A stretch of DNA of 64,000 nucleotides, taken from Balanoglossus misakiensis. Its lineage: Eukaryota > Animalia > Hemichordata. Below the pieces are notes generated by a model. It was not told where the DNA came from and searched no databases. It saw nothing but the letters and a program-made list of their open reading frames with translations. Below are positions 62,769 to 64,000 of this stretch, in pieces. Location: NCBI GenBank assembly GCA_040954595.2, contig CM082585.2:10705995-10769994 (forward strand). Reading direction: 5' to 3'. Within the stretch, counting starts at the first letter, position 1. Every line of letters starts with the position of its first letter. The position numbers were made by a program, and so were the translations under genes.

Positions 62769-64000
62769 CTTACAATATCACTAATCAACACTCATTGCAA
62801 GTATACTGCGTTCTTTATTGAGCAGAACTGTGAATTAGACTAATTAGAATTTGCGATCAGTTTTCACAAATGTATTCCAAGTCTGCAAGTTAAAATAAAC
62901 AGAAAAAGTTACACTTTATACGAAGAAATAATAAATACACAAAACACTAATCATTTTCCGATTTCGCATTAAAAAAAACCGCCCAGAAAACACATATGAA
63001 CTTCTGTTTTTTATTAGTGTATACGATGAGGCGCGCGTGTGCCCGTTCTAACAGGCATCGTCGTACGCGCGTGTGTGCGCCCCAGTCCCTAATTAGCATT
63101 TTTCACCTTGGGGATAGAGAGGCCCTGTCTTACCATTTAGATTTGACATCGGTGTCACAAAACATGGTTTAAACAGCGATCTAAGAAGTGCCACATTGTG
63201 AGAATTTTCGCTCCAATTAAAGTAACGAGAAAACGAGATGCACGGAACAGTGGATTTGAATGAGCCGGTTAAGGACAAAACAATCGGGAATCGACGAACG
63301 AAAGATGTTTAGGACTCGTATGGGGACAGGTGGCAATGCCGTCAGTCGCGCGCACAAGGGCCGAGTCGTTCAGCTTGCTGGGGGTGTCAATAGTCCTCCC
63401 CGGTCAAGGTTGCATGCACGGAACAAAAGACTTTGTTAAAGTCAACCTTTTAGGTGGCCGCACCTCATCCAAAACCCAGTGTAGGTTATTATTTTCAAGT
63501 TCATGATGAAATGTGCGATTCAGGTCTTCGTAAATCATGAATTGTGACAGCACCATAAAGCCATTGAGCGACATTGATAAAGTAAAACTCAGCGTGAGGG
63601 GCACCCCACCGCCACCACGTAATTCAGTAAGGGTTTATGTCGAGAAGAACAATTAGTCAAAGACTTGAGTGGCCCTATTTATAAAAAAACGGTTAATACT
63701 GAAAATTGTAAAACGAGATCAGATACTAGAAATCCAAGGTGACCTTACCGTACTTAAATTAACTTTTAATTGACATCCATATATCTTGATGTCGCGACAC
63801 GTGTTGAAAATCTGTTGCCAAAAGTTATCATTAGATTATCACAAGCCAGTATGTACGTTGTTTCTGAAAAAGTTTTGTGGCAAGGACGGAGAGCACATAG
63901 AGTCGGCACGAGGCTCGGGACAATCTGATGTGGGCCTATTGAACAGTTTTGCTATTCTCGCGTCACAACTGCATTTGGCGATGAATTCCAAAGCTTTTAG

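Overview
This is eukaryotic genomic DNA from an animal, most likely an invertebrate bilaterian with many short GT-AG introns; the species cannot be determined from the sequence. The left ~41 kb holds three multi-exon housekeeping genes: the 3' part of SAP130 (+), a complete propionyl-CoA carboxylase alpha gene PCCA (-), and a complete USP9X/fat facets deubiquitinase (+) lying head-to-head with PCCA. Next come two tandem 4-exon ST6Gal-type (GT29) sialyltransferases (-), a C2H2 zinc-finger gene with one coding exon (-), and ~10 kb of CpG-rich non-coding DNA. The best unannotated signals are a canonical box C/D snoRNA in a USP9X intron (no target recognised), two duplicated 60-nt cassette exons in USP9X, a ~93-bp TTAA-flanked piggyBac-type MITE with about 11 copies, and a 29-bp palindromic tandem array carrying IRF/PRDM1-like motifs in a sialyltransferase intron. 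There is no CRISPR array or other prokaryotic system. Exon coordinates were read by eye and homologies come from recalled protein motifs, not database searches.
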